From NCBI GenBank assembly GCA_002497245.1, contig DANB01000011.1, forward strand, positions 60,612-124,611: 64,000 nucleotides of DNA. The letters run 5' to 3'. This document shows, piece by piece, positions 53,135 through 62,244 of the stretch. Origin of the DNA: Euryarchaeota archaeon UBA439 (GTDB lineage: Archaea; Thermoplasmatota; Poseidoniia; Poseidoniales; Thalassarchaeaceae). The notes beneath the pieces were generated by a model. It saw nothing but the letters and a program-made list of their open reading frames with translations, was not told the DNA's origin and ran no database searches. Positions within the stretch are counted from its first letter, which is position 1. The number at the start of each line of letters is the position of its first letter. A program made the position numbers and the translations under genes.

Positions 53135-53947
53135 TTGCACCAGTTGGTGAGTTCTTTGTCTGATTCGATTAAACTACCCCTAAAAAAGGGGTTTGGAAAA
53201 ACAGATAGGATTGATAGATGGTGGACTAAGCCATTTTGGATGGGTTTTGGATTAACTCTAGCTTTGATTTATACATCATTAAGGGTTTTAATCTGGGATG
53301 GAGCAATTCACTATGATGATCACAGAGTAACTTCACCAATTTTTTCACCAGATGTAATACATTTGTTTCATTTAGAAACACCTAATTGGATGAATTCTGC
53401 TTTGCTAATTTTATGGATACCATTTGGATTTAGAGGAACTTGTTACTACATGCGTAAAGTCTACCATAGAGTATTTTTTCAGAATCCTACAGCCTGTGTT
53501 GTTGCAAAGCCTGAAGTTAATTATCGACTAGGATACAAAGGAGAGACTGGACTATTTGTGCTAAATAATATTCATAGATATATGTTGTATCTGGCAATAA
53601 TTATTCTTTCAATGAAAGTTTACGATGTATATCATACAATGTGGTTTAACCATGGAACTGAATTTGGAATATCCGTAGGAACCTTAGTTTTGGCGACTGA
53701 ATCATTTCTTCTATTCATGTATGTTGCCTCTTGTCATGCATTCAGACATCTCTTTGGAGGAGGAATGAATCGATGGAGGGGTGGAATCTCAGGAATAATG
53801 GGTAAATTATACATCAAAATTAGTAATTTGAACATTGAACATGCATTCTGGTTTTGGACTAGTTTAGTGATGGTTTTTCTTGGAGATTTATTTGTTTGGG
53901 CTGTCTCAGAAGGCAGAATTGAGGACCACTATTGGATTATAATGTGA
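53135..53947 (+). CDS. Succinate dehydrogenase membrane anchor, Rv0249c/Sdh1-type
   Basis: GFRGTCYY.RK, Y.GET, N.HRY, SCH..RH and LN..H match the mycobacterial Sdh1 anchor; first gene of the sdh operon. Confidence 0.82.
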   Translation: MHQLVSSLSDSIKLPLKKGFGKTDRIDRWWTKPFWMGFGLTLALIYTSLRVLIWDGAIHYDDHRVTSPIFSPDVIHLFHLETPNWMNSALLILWIPFGFRGTCYYMRKVYHRVFFQNPTACVVAKPEVNYRLGYKGETGLFVLNNIHRYMLYLAIIILSMKVYDVYHTMWFNHGTEFGISVGTLVLATESFLLFMYVASCHAFRHLFGGGMNRWRGGISGIMGKLYIKISNLNIEHAFWFWTSLVMVFLGDLFVWAVSEGRIEDHYWIIM

Positions 53948-53956
53948 GGTGATATA

Positions 53957-55783
53957 ATGAGTGAGAATTACATTATTCATGAACATGATGTCGTAATAAT
54001 TGGAGCTGGTGGCGCTGGTTTGAGAGCAGCAATAGAAGCTAGTAATTCAGGCGTTAGTGTCGCAATGATATGTAAATCAATGCTAGGAAAAGCGCATACT
54101 GTAATGGCTGAAGGAGGTGCTGCAGCCGCATTAGGTAACAAAGATCCTCGTGATAATTGGCAGACTCATTTTCGAGATACAATGAAAGGTGGAAAATATC
54201 TAAATGACTGGAGAATGGCAAAAATTCATGCTCAACAAGCACCGGACAGGATTAGAGAATTGGAAACTTGGGGTGCAGTTTTTGATAGAACTTCGAAGGG
54301 GCTAACAAATCAGAGAAACTTTGGCGGACATACCTATCCTAGGCTGGCACATATCGGAGACGCAACTGGTTTGGAATTAATCAGAACTCTGCAAGAGAAA
54401 GGAGTCCATATGGGTATGGAGATATTTATGGAATTCACTGTCCGTAAACTGTTCAAAACAGATGGGAAAATATCTGGTTGTTTTGCCTATGATAGAAATG
54501 ATGGTTCATTACATGTTTTCAAAGCAAAAACCATCGTAATGGCGACTGGAGGTGCCACAAGATGTTGGGCTGTTTGCTCCGGTTCATGGGAGTATACTGG
54601 AGAGGGTTATGCACTGGCCTACTGGGCTGGTGCTGAAATGGGAGATATGGAATTCATTCAATTCCATCCTACAGGAATGATTTGGCCTCCATCAGTAAAA
54701 GGAATTTTAGTCACAGAAGGTGTTCGAGGAGAGGGAGGTATGCTGACTAATTCTGAAGGGAAGAGATTCATGTTCGATTATGTTCCTGAGATGTATAAAG
54801 ATGAATTTGCCGATACTGAAGAAGAAGCATTAGAATGGGTCTCTGAAATTGTAGAAGGAAAATTAGCAACTGTTCGTAGACCACCTGAATTATTGACAAG
54901 GGATGTTGTTGCAAAAGCAATTAATTCCGAAAGAGACGCTGGTAGAGCTAGTGCTCATGGAGGTGCATATCTAGATATTTCTTGGAGAGAACCTGAACAA
55001 GTAAGAAAGAAACTGCCAGGGATGTATCATCAGTTCAAGGAATTAGCTGCAGTTGATATTACTACTGAAAAAATGGAAGTTGGACCTACAGCCCACTATG
55101 TAATGGGAGGAATAAAAGTGCACCCAGAAACTCAGGAAACTACGGTTCCTAGAATGTTTGCAGCTGGAGAAGCTGCTACGGGGCTACACGGTGCAAATAG
55201 ACTTGGAGGGAATTCACTCTCAGACCTTATCGTATTTGGAAAAATAGCTGGAGAAAACGCTGCATTGGTCGCTAAAGAGATTGAGGAATTTCTCCCTATA
55301 GATTCTACTGAAATTAAAAATATAATTGAAGAAACATTAGCACCATTAAATAGAACTGATGGAGAAAATCCAGCAAAAGTAGTAGAAGATTTAAGAGAAA
55401 TGATGCAGTATAAAGTAGGAATAATTAGGACTGAGAAATTATTAAAAGAGGCATTAAAAGATTTAGATGACCTAGAAAAACGTGCTGAAAATACATCTAC
55501 AGGAAATAGTCGAATTTACAATCCAGGTTGGCATCAAGCACTAGAAATTGGAGCTATGATTGATGTTAGTAGAATGTGCACACTAGCCGCTCTGCATAGA
55601 GAAGAGTCTAGAGGAGGTCATACTAGGGATGATTTTCCAACGCCTGATTACAAATACTGGGGCAAAATAAATAGTGTTATAACGAAGAAAGATGAAATGA
55701 CAATCGAGCATCGAAGATACCCACCAATAGACGAGGAATTGAAGAAATTACTAGATGTTGAAGACTTACATGAGGAGGAGTGA
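53957..55783 (+). CDS. sdhA: Succinate dehydrogenase/fumarate reductase flavoprotein
   Basis: GAGGAG, KAHTVMAEGG, QFHPT, TEGVRGEGG, HYVMGG and HGANRLGGNSL motifs. Confidence 0.96.
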   Translation: MSENYIIHEHDVVIIGAGGAGLRAAIEASNSGVSVAMICKSMLGKAHTVMAEGGAAAALGNKDPRDNWQTHFRDTMKGGKYLNDWRMAKIHAQQAPDRIRELETWGAVFDRTSKGLTNQRNFGGHTYPRLAHIGDATGLELIRTLQEKGVHMGMEIFMEFTVRKLFKTDGKISGCFAYDRNDGSLHVFKAKTIVMATGGATRCWAVCSGSWEYTGEGYALAYWAGAEMGDMEFIQFHPTGMIWPPSVKGILVTEGVRGEGGMLTNSEGKRFMFDYVPEMYKDEFADTEEEALEWVSEIVEGKLATVRRPPELLTRDVVAKAINSERDAGRASAHGGAYLDISWREPEQVRKKLPGMYHQFKELAAVDITTEKMEVGPTAHYVMGGIKVHPETQETTVPRMFAAGEAATGLHGANRLGGNSLSDLIVFGKIAGENAALVAKEIEEFLPIDSTEIKNIIEETLAPLNRTDGENPAKVVEDLREMMQYKVGIIRTEKLLKEALKDLDDLEKRAENTSTGNSRIYNPGWHQALEIGAMIDVSRMCTLAALHREESRGGHTRDDFPTPDYKYWGKINSVITKKDEMTIEHRRYPPIDEELKKLLDVEDLHEEE

Positions 55784-55784
55784 A

Positions 55785-56546
55785 ATGGCTGAAGATGTAA
55801 CATTCAAAATTTTCAGAGGAGAACCTGATGAAGATGGAGACCCATTTGGGGAAATGGTAGATTATACTGTTGAAATGGATGAAGGAATGGTAGTTCTTGA
55901 TGTAATTCATAGAATACAAGCTGAGCATGCTCCAGATCTATCTTGCAGATGGAATTGTAAAGCAGGTAAATGTGGCTCATGTTCTGCAGAAGTGAATGGA
56001 AAACCACGTCTTATGTGCATGACAAGAATGGAAGAAGTAATGGAAGAAACTCCAGATGGCGAACCGGTTCTTGTGAAACCAATGCAATCATTTCCATTAA
56101 CAAAAGATTTGGTTACTGATACATCATGGGCATATGAGATGAATAAGAAAATGGTCCCTGTGAACGGTCCTGATGAATTAGATTGGGAATTTAATCAGAA
56201 TGAAGCTAATCGGATCCAGGAGTTTAGGGGTTGTATTGAATGTATGTTATGTGTAAACACATGTCACGTACTCCGAGAACATCAAAAGTTCGATGAGTTC
56301 GCTGGACCAAGATTCTTTGTACGTTTAGCAGGATTAGAAATGCATCCGTTAGATGTTGAGAATAGAATTCCTCAAATTAAAGATGATTTTGGTATAGGCT
56401 ATTGTAATATTACTCGATGTTGTACTGAAGTATGTCCTGCAGGTATTAATATCACTGATAATGCAATAATACCTCTCAAAGAAAGAGTAGTTACAGAATA
56501 CTATGATCCAATTGCAATTATTGGACGTAAGTTGGGATTAAGATGA
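55785..56546 (+). CDS. sdhB: Succinate dehydrogenase iron-sulfur subunit
   Basis: CKAGKCGSC...C, CIECMLC...C and CNITRCCTEVCP clusters. Confidence 0.95.
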   Translation: MAEDVTFKIFRGEPDEDGDPFGEMVDYTVEMDEGMVVLDVIHRIQAEHAPDLSCRWNCKAGKCGSCSAEVNGKPRLMCMTRMEEVMEETPDGEPVLVKPMQSFPLTKDLVTDTSWAYEMNKKMVPVNGPDELDWEFNQNEANRIQEFRGCIECMLCVNTCHVLREHQKFDEFAGPRFFVRLAGLEMHPLDVENRIPQIKDDFGIGYCNITRCCTEVCPAGINITDNAIIPLKERVVTEYYDPIAIIGRKLGLR

Positions 56547-56550
56547 TTTT

Positions 56551-56584
56551 AACCCTCTCCGAGTAAACCCGGAGAGGGGTTTTG
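56551..56584 (+). terminator. GC-rich stem-loop with T tract between convergent sdhB and MC1 genes
   Basis: CCCTCTCCG-AGTAAACC-CGGAGAGGG followed by GTTTTG, 4 nt after the sdhB stop. Confidence 0.65.
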
Positions 56585-56607
56585 TAATTCCGAAAAAAAT
56601 AGATTAC

Positions 56608-56871
56608 TCATAATCGAGTAATTCCATTTTTCTTTACATTGGCCTTCTTGATTTTGTCTGGTAGCCAAGCAGGTCCATTAGCTGGCTTTGCAACAACCTC
56701 AGTCCAACCTTCAAAATTGTGAACACGGTTTGTTCCACGCTCACGCAGTTGGATATCGGTATGACCACGAGTAGCTGCCTTCAAGGCTGCTCCACGTGGC
56801 TGCTTGCTTACGAACACCTGAGTAGTGTCCTTTCCATTCTCCATCAATACGAAGTATTTTTTGTCTGACAT
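56608..56871 (-). CDS. Non-histone chromosomal protein MC1
   Basis: YFVL...VF..KQPRGAALKAATRG..DIQLRERGT..VH.F.G...P.WLP; start at MSDKK or the MEDCF ATG just upstream. Confidence 0.9.
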   Translation of the reverse strand: MSDKKYFVLMENGKDTTQVFVSKQPRGAALKAATRGHTDIQLRERGTNRVHNFEGWTEVVAKPANGPAWLPDKIKKANVKKNGITRL

Positions 56872-56987
56872 AAAGCAATCCTCCATCACCTCGCCTGTCA
56901 AAATAGGATATGAAGGTATTGTATAAAAAACGCCATACTGCGCCACAATTGGGGTAAAACTGAAAAAACCAACAATAAAAAAATCAT

Positions 56988-57221
56988 CTACATTTCTGCG
57001 CAAGCAAGCGTTTTTGTGTTCAAAACTCCTGGAATTGCACGTATTGATTCTACAACTAATCTAGCTATATCTCCCATATTTTCTGCCTCTAATTTGACTA
57101 TTAAATCATGATCGCCAAAAAGAAGATTTGCATCGGTAACGAAAGATAATGACGATGCTGCATTAAACACGTCTACTTCGGAACCGGGTTCAACATTTAC
57201 TAGTACGTAACCCACTGACAT
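56988..57221 (-). CDS. Stand-alone Lrp/AsnC ligand-binding (RAM) domain protein
   Basis: YVLVNVEPG, FGDHDLIVKLE and IRAIPGV..T.T motifs. Confidence 0.85.
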   Translation of the reverse strand: MSVGYVLVNVEPGSEVDVFNAASSLSFVTDANLLFGDHDLIVKLEAENMGDIARLVVESIRAIPGVLNTKTLACAEM

Positions 57222-57320
57222 ATTCCAGCGGGAGACGTCTTCACGCATCAAATGTTCGCTTGAATACTCAGAATGATGAGAAGAAGCATACATATTGGAT
57301 GCCCTATCCTCATCATTAAT

Positions 57321-57962
57321 ATGGCAGAGGTCATTATAGTCCGAGAATGTAAATATGGACAGGTGAGAGTATGCTTTGGTAATGTCACTAGGGTGGAAGG
57401 AGACATAATGGTATTACCAGCCAATAATAGACTGGCAGGTAGAGAAGGATTAGATGAAGTAATGCAACTAGCCGCTGGACCTGAATTAAGAGCTGCTTGT
57501 ACTGAAATAGCAAAAGAAAAACGTAAGACAAATTCGCAACCTTGTGGAGTTGGAGAGGCTGTCACCACATCTGCCTACAATCTACCAGCTGAACATCTTG
57601 TACATGTTGTAGGTCCAGATTGTAGGAGACCTACTCAAGATCAATATAGAAGAGAGTTATTAAAAAAATCATATGATTCATTATTTGCAGAGGTAGAAAA
57701 TCTAAAACCTCGCGAAACTTTAGTTTTACCACCTTTGGGTATGGATGTGTTCGCTTATCCACATAGAGAAGGAGCGAGGATGACAATGGAGATTGTATTG
57801 GCTTGGATGGACGAAGGAGAAGATCCTGGCGTAGATATGGTATTAATTGTTACAAATGAACAGAGCTTTCTAAAGAATATGAAAACCGTATATCGTGAAA
57901 GTGAAGATCAATTTCCCGGAGTTGATAGGACAAGAGAATATAGGAAAGGAAAATTCGAATAA
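57321..57962 (+). CDS. Macro-domain protein (degenerate motifs)
   Basis: AAGPEL..AC, GEAVTT.AYNLPA..LVHVVGP and L...Y motifs. Confidence 0.85.
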   Translation: MAEVIIVRECKYGQVRVCFGNVTRVEGDIMVLPANNRLAGREGLDEVMQLAAGPELRAACTEIAKEKRKTNSQPCGVGEAVTTSAYNLPAEHLVHVVGPDCRRPTQDQYRRELLKKSYDSLFAEVENLKPRETLVLPPLGMDVFAYPHREGARMTMEIVLAWMDEGEDPGVDMVLIVTNEQSFLKNMKTVYRESEDQFPGVDRTREYRKGKFE

Positions 57963-58057
57963 TTTTCTGAATGTCAATCAATATAAAACCTAAAAAACTG
58001 AGAAAAATAGCATTAATCATGCGATGTCCTCAATAACCTTGAGATTACGATAGTAGC

Positions 58058-58699
58058 ATGGGAATAGGAGGAGCATACGAGCGTGAGTTGCGTTCAGTAC
58101 TTGCAGGTGAAGAAAAAGGAGTTCGTGCGATTACGAGATCTTGTAACGAAATAGAACGAGCACAAGCTATGCAAATTTGCCAACGTCCATTCCTAGTTGT
58201 AAGAGCACCAGGAAGTGGGTCTGAAGGTACTGGTGACCTTCTAGCATTAAGAGGCGATATGTGTTTTCCAATAGAAGTAAAATCTTCAAAGAAGCCAAAA
58301 TTATACCTTTCTGGTAGAACTGTTTTACAATATAAGGCACTAGAAGAAATTGGGATTAGATGTTCAATACAACCATTCTATGCTTACAGATTAAAAGGAG
58401 TCAGAGGAGATAGTTGGAGAATATTTAGAGTTAAGACTGAGGGGCTTACGGGAAAACTAAGATTGCTTTCTAGAACAGTTCCTGAGTTGCCTTTGACTAG
58501 AAATGGAACTCCTTACTTGGATTGGGACAAAGGACTACCTTTACACAAATTTCTTTCATTAATCTCTAAGTCTGAAAATGCTAACAATATTCAAATAACT
58601 GCTTCAGAAGAAAATATTAGTCTTCCGATGAAAGAATCAATAATGGTTCAATATGAATCTTCTTCTGAGAGGACCGCATCAAGTCTATCGAATTCTTGA
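58058..58699 (+). CDS. hjc: Holliday junction resolvase Hjc
   Basis: G.AYEREL, VVRAPGSG, DLLA and IEVKS (PD-D/ExK) motifs. Confidence 0.85.
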   Translation: MGIGGAYERELRSVLAGEEKGVRAITRSCNEIERAQAMQICQRPFLVVRAPGSGSEGTGDLLALRGDMCFPIEVKSSKKPKLYLSGRTVLQYKALEEIGIRCSIQPFYAYRLKGVRGDSWRIFRVKTEGLTGKLRLLSRTVPELPLTRNGTPYLDWDKGLPLHKFLSLISKSENANNIQITASEENISLPMKESIMVQYESSSERTASSLSNS

Positions 58700-58836
58700 A
58701 TCAGATTTTTAACTTCTTGAGTTAGATTTTCTAATCTAGCTTGATTTAACAAACGTTGGATACTATCTCTTTCTCTTCTGATGATATCAAGCTGACGTTT
58801 TTTACTCTTAATATCCTCTGAATCATGTTGAGCCAT
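58648..58836 (-). CDS. Small coiled-coil hypothetical protein
   Basis: 62-aa amphipathic helical ORF filling the gap; overlaps the hjc tail by 52 nt. Confidence 0.45.
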   Translation of the reverse strand: MAQHDSEDIKSKKRQLDIIRRERDSIQRLLNQARLENLTQEVKNLIQEFDRLDAVLSEEDSY

Positions 58837-58917
58837 GCAATCCGGAGAGGCTTATCTTTGAAGTCATTTTTGCAATAAAGAACACAAGTTGAAGAATAGG
58901 AGCGAGGGCCATGTGTT

Positions 58918-60459
58918 ATGCAAGATGAGGAGGGGTCGGTCATGAATCATCTTTTACCTATGATTTCAATCTACTTTTTTTACCTTCTAGGGCTACCAAT
59001 ATGGGGCGCTATAGTTATGATAATTTGGTACTCAATATTGATTATTCTAGAAAATAATGGAACTCTAGATAATTGGGATGCAACAAGAGTATTAGGTTTC
59101 ATTTTAATGATTAGAACGAAAAAAGGAAAAGATTTACTTGAAAGAATTTCAAAATATAGGAAATTTTGGAGAGGTTTTGGAGAGTTTTCCATATGGTTAT
59201 GTTTTATCGTAATGTTTGGAGTTATTCTTCTCCTAATCTTAGCAGCTGTAGCAAGCGCCTTTTCTCCTCCAGAAGAGGCGATTCCTGCCAAAGATCTTTT
59301 GTTAATACCTGGTGTGACAAGTTTTGTTCCATTCTGGTGGCCTGTAATTGCACTAATTATGGCTGTAATTATTCACGAATATGGGCATGCAATACAAGCA
59401 AGAGTTCATGGAATGAGGGCTAAAAGTTTTGGATTATTACTACTAGGACCTTTGCCAATGGGGGCATTTTTTGAACCGGAGATTCAAGAAATGACTAGGG
59501 CCCCTAGAAGAGAAAGGTTACGAATATATGCCGCTGCACCGTCGATAAATATTGTTTCAACATACATTGTAATACTCTTACTATCATGCACAGCCTCGGG
59601 ATTTGTAGCTTCCGAACCCGGACTACATGCAAAGGGAATTATCGTAGATAGCGGTGCAGAGGAAGCAGGATTAGAACCGTATGAAATAATTACTCACCTT
59701 GATGGAGTACATGTTCCAGATTATGATTCATTCACAGAAATTATGGATTCTAAATCGGCAGGAGATGAAATGAATTTATCTGTGATGTCTAGAAAAAATG
59801 ATTTGGGGAATAGAGAAACAAGAGAAATTACTGTAACACTAACCGATCAACTTGATTACTATGTTTCACAAGGGATTCCTACTTGGTTTGAAGAGGATTG
59901 TGATAGTCAAGAACAATGTATGGATGATTATATTGATTTCTTAAATGATAATGGTATAGAGCAAGGGAATGCTTTTCTTGGAGTGAGTGGGATATCCTCT
60001 GGAACCAGTGCAGTTGATGGATATAAATTGTCATCTACTGAAGATCTAAATCCTATTTTCAGAACTGTAATTTTCATATTCAAGCCATTAGAATTATTGG
60101 GTGAACCGATAAGATTAGAGGGGCATTCTATGCCACTAGAAGAGAGAGATTTAATTGAAGCCGGGGACGGATTTATTGCTTCATTAATAGGTACGAGTGG
60201 AATGTTAGCTATTTTTGATTTCTTATTCTGGTTTGCATGGATAAATTTCATACTTGGTTTTGCTAACTTAATACCCATGGTGCCCTTTGATGGAGGACAA
60301 ATTACTAGAGATTCAACTCACTCAGTAATAAAATTCTTTGGGAGAAATATGAATCCTCTAAGAGTTGAAAATATAGCCAATCGAGTAAGCGGTTTTAGTA
60401 GTATAATTATACTTTTAATTGTATTATTCCCAATACTATTGGCTAATATGTTGAACTGA
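58918..60459 (+). CDS. Site-2 protease (M50) with PDZ domain
   Basis: HEYGH, NLIPMVPFDGG and a PDZ-like SGAEEAGL..EIITHLDG segment. Confidence 0.93.
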   Translation: MQDEEGSVMNHLLPMISIYFFYLLGLPIWGAIVMIIWYSILIILENNGTLDNWDATRVLGFILMIRTKKGKDLLERISKYRKFWRGFGEFSIWLCFIVMFGVILLLILAAVASAFSPPEEAIPAKDLLLIPGVTSFVPFWWPVIALIMAVIIHEYGHAIQARVHGMRAKSFGLLLLGPLPMGAFFEPEIQEMTRAPRRERLRIYAAAPSINIVSTYIVILLLSCTASGFVASEPGLHAKGIIVDSGAEEAGLEPYEIITHLDGVHVPDYDSFTEIMDSKSAGDEMNLSVMSRKNDLGNRETREITVTLTDQLDYYVSQGIPTWFEEDCDSQEQCMDDYIDFLNDNGIEQGNAFLGVSGISSGTSAVDGYKLSSTEDLNPIFRTVIFIFKPLELLGEPIRLEGHSMPLEERDLIEAGDGFIASLIGTSGMLAIFDFLFWFAWINFILGFANLIPMVPFDGGQITRDSTHSVIKFFGRNMNPLRVENIANRVSGFSSIIILLIVLFPILLANMLN

Positions 60460-60465
60460 AGCACC

Positions 60466-61350
60466 CTATTCTTCTTCTTCACTTTCTCTAAATATTAACA
60501 TATCATAAACCATAGGAATTATGACCACTGCTGCAATCAACGTAAACAGATAATTCCAAGTTTGTGGAGATACAAAATCAGAAGTTCCTGAAAAGAAAAG
60601 TTTGATCGCTCCAACCCATGGAATCTCAGATGATGCAACACCCACTACCCAAACATCTCTTACAGCAGTTACAGGATTACCATATTCATCCTTTAAGCCA
60701 CGGCTCTGAATATAGGATTCATCGGCTGTAGAACTTGTTGCTCTTAATTGATCAATTGTACATCCATTAGTTATTCTATTATCACCTGTTGTCAGATATC
60801 CTTCATGCTCAGGAACCCACTTATCGATTGTTAAATTTCCATGAGGTGCACAAGAATAATCTAATGTTAAAGAAATATTATTTACATTGACTAAATCAGT
60901 TCCTGGGACATCCCATGTTAAAATACATATTTCTTCTAAATGATCAAATACGCCCTCTGAACATAAACCATCAATTGGATCTTCAGTTAAATTTGCTTCT
61001 GCTTTGAGTAATGCTCTATGAATGACTGGAGTATCAGAACCTCCATTTTTTTCATAAATAATTACGTCTCCATACATACCATGCATTTCATACCCAAAAT
61101 TCTCGTTTTCCTGATTAGAAGCTTCTACATATGTGACTATGTCAACTCTATCAGGATTCATAATCAATACCAAATCACCAGGGTCAATTGCTCCTAAAGA
61201 TCCATCCTCACTATGTTTCATTGAACCGGATTCAACAACAACCATTGGAGGAAACATGCCGGTAGCTAACCACATTGATCCAAGTAATAAGAAAACCAGG
61301 CCTATGGCAAGAAATGCCTCTCTAAGATAGAGGTTGAAATCATTTTTCAT
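60466..61350 (-). CDS. Signal peptidase S26 (Sec11-like)
   Basis: VVESGSM, GDLV, GDVIIY, IHRA, TGDN and EIPWVG motifs. Confidence 0.85.
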   Translation of the reverse strand: MKNDFNLYLREAFLAIGLVFLLLGSMWLATGMFPPMVVVESGSMKHSEDGSLGAIDPGDLVLIMNPDRVDIVTYVEASNQENENFGYEMHGMYGDVIIYEKNGGSDTPVIHRALLKAEANLTEDPIDGLCSEGVFDHLEEICILTWDVPGTDLVNVNNISLTLDYSCAPHGNLTIDKWVPEHEGYLTTGDNRITNGCTIDQLRATSSTADESYIQSRGLKDEYGNPVTAVRDVWVVGVASSEIPWVGAIKLFFSGTSDFVSPQTWNYLFTLIAAVVIIPMVYDMLIFRESEEEE

Positions 61351-61351
61351 A

Positions 61352-62134
61352 CTAAATCTCCTTGTAGTTATACGGCCTAGTTAGATATAATATAAAAGAT
61401 AAGAAAAGAATCAAAATAATACTAACCGGATCTATGTGAGGAGCAAGATGATGGAAAGATGATAATCCGCTAATCCGCTCTGTGAGATCGATTGTATACT
61501 CTCTAGAACCACCCATAGAGGCAATACCAAAAATAGTATTCCAAAATAACATAATTAAACTAAATGAAGTTATTAAAATTAACATTCTATGGAAAAATAA
61601 CTCTCGAATTAGATCTAAGCCCGGAAGTTTATGTGAGAGAACCGAGTCTGAATTATTCCACCAATTTTCTTCAACATTGAAATCGCTATGAGAGTTAATT
61701 ATTGGAGAATTAGTCAGATTCTTTCCTACTGGTATTTCATGCAATTCAAGTAATCCTCGCATCATACCCATGTACTTTTCTCCAAGCATAATTGCTGCTT
61801 CTTCACCTTCTTTCCGACGTCTTAATACTTCAGCACGTGAATCCAACAAAAGAATATCATCGAGAACCTGTTTCTTCTCAAGATAGTAGAAGAACTCAGG
61901 ACCGACATAGAATGTACCAATGGCTCCAATTAACATACCTATCCAACTTAGAGCTACGATATTTTCTTTGGAGGGATCAGTCGGTCCAGAAAGTCCGAAA
62001 AGGAAAATTATGCCCCAAACCAATAGGGCCACGGACAAAATTGAAACATTTGTGACAATTTGGAAATGTCGGCCCCTCTGACTTTCCCATAATCGGCCAA
62101 AAAAACTCAAGTTTCTTTCATCTCGACGAGCCAT
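61352..62134 (-). CDS. Hypothetical membrane protein
   Basis: Four hydrophobic helices; abuts the signal peptidase gene. Confidence 0.7.
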   Translation of the reverse strand: MARRDERNLSFFGRLWESQRGRHFQIVTNVSILSVALLVWGIIFLFGLSGPTDPSKENIVALSWIGMLIGAIGTFYVGPEFFYYLEKKQVLDDILLLDSRAEVLRRRKEGEEAAIMLGEKYMGMMRGLLELHEIPVGKNLTNSPIINSHSDFNVEENWWNNSDSVLSHKLPGLDLIRELFFHRMLILITSFSLIMLFWNTIFGIASMGGSREYTIDLTERISGLSSFHHLAPHIDPVSIILILFLSFILYLTRPYNYKEI

Positions 62135-62244
62135 TATATCAATCGTGGGTAAGGCTTCGTGGCTTAGTGTCTTACGCTAACAAGTTCACATCAAAAGCGC
62201 AATCATACCAATTAATTGATGTGCTATGCCATCAATGGAACACT

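Noticed and set aside
58746..58943. 65-aa minus-strand ORF with several Cys
   Set aside because: It overlaps the site-2 protease start and the better coiled-coil ORF, and has no coherent motif.
58918..61350. Site-2 protease and signal peptidase as a regulated intramembrane proteolysis cascade
   Set aside because: The genes are convergent housekeeping families with no adjacent membrane-bound regulator, so adjacency alone is not enough.
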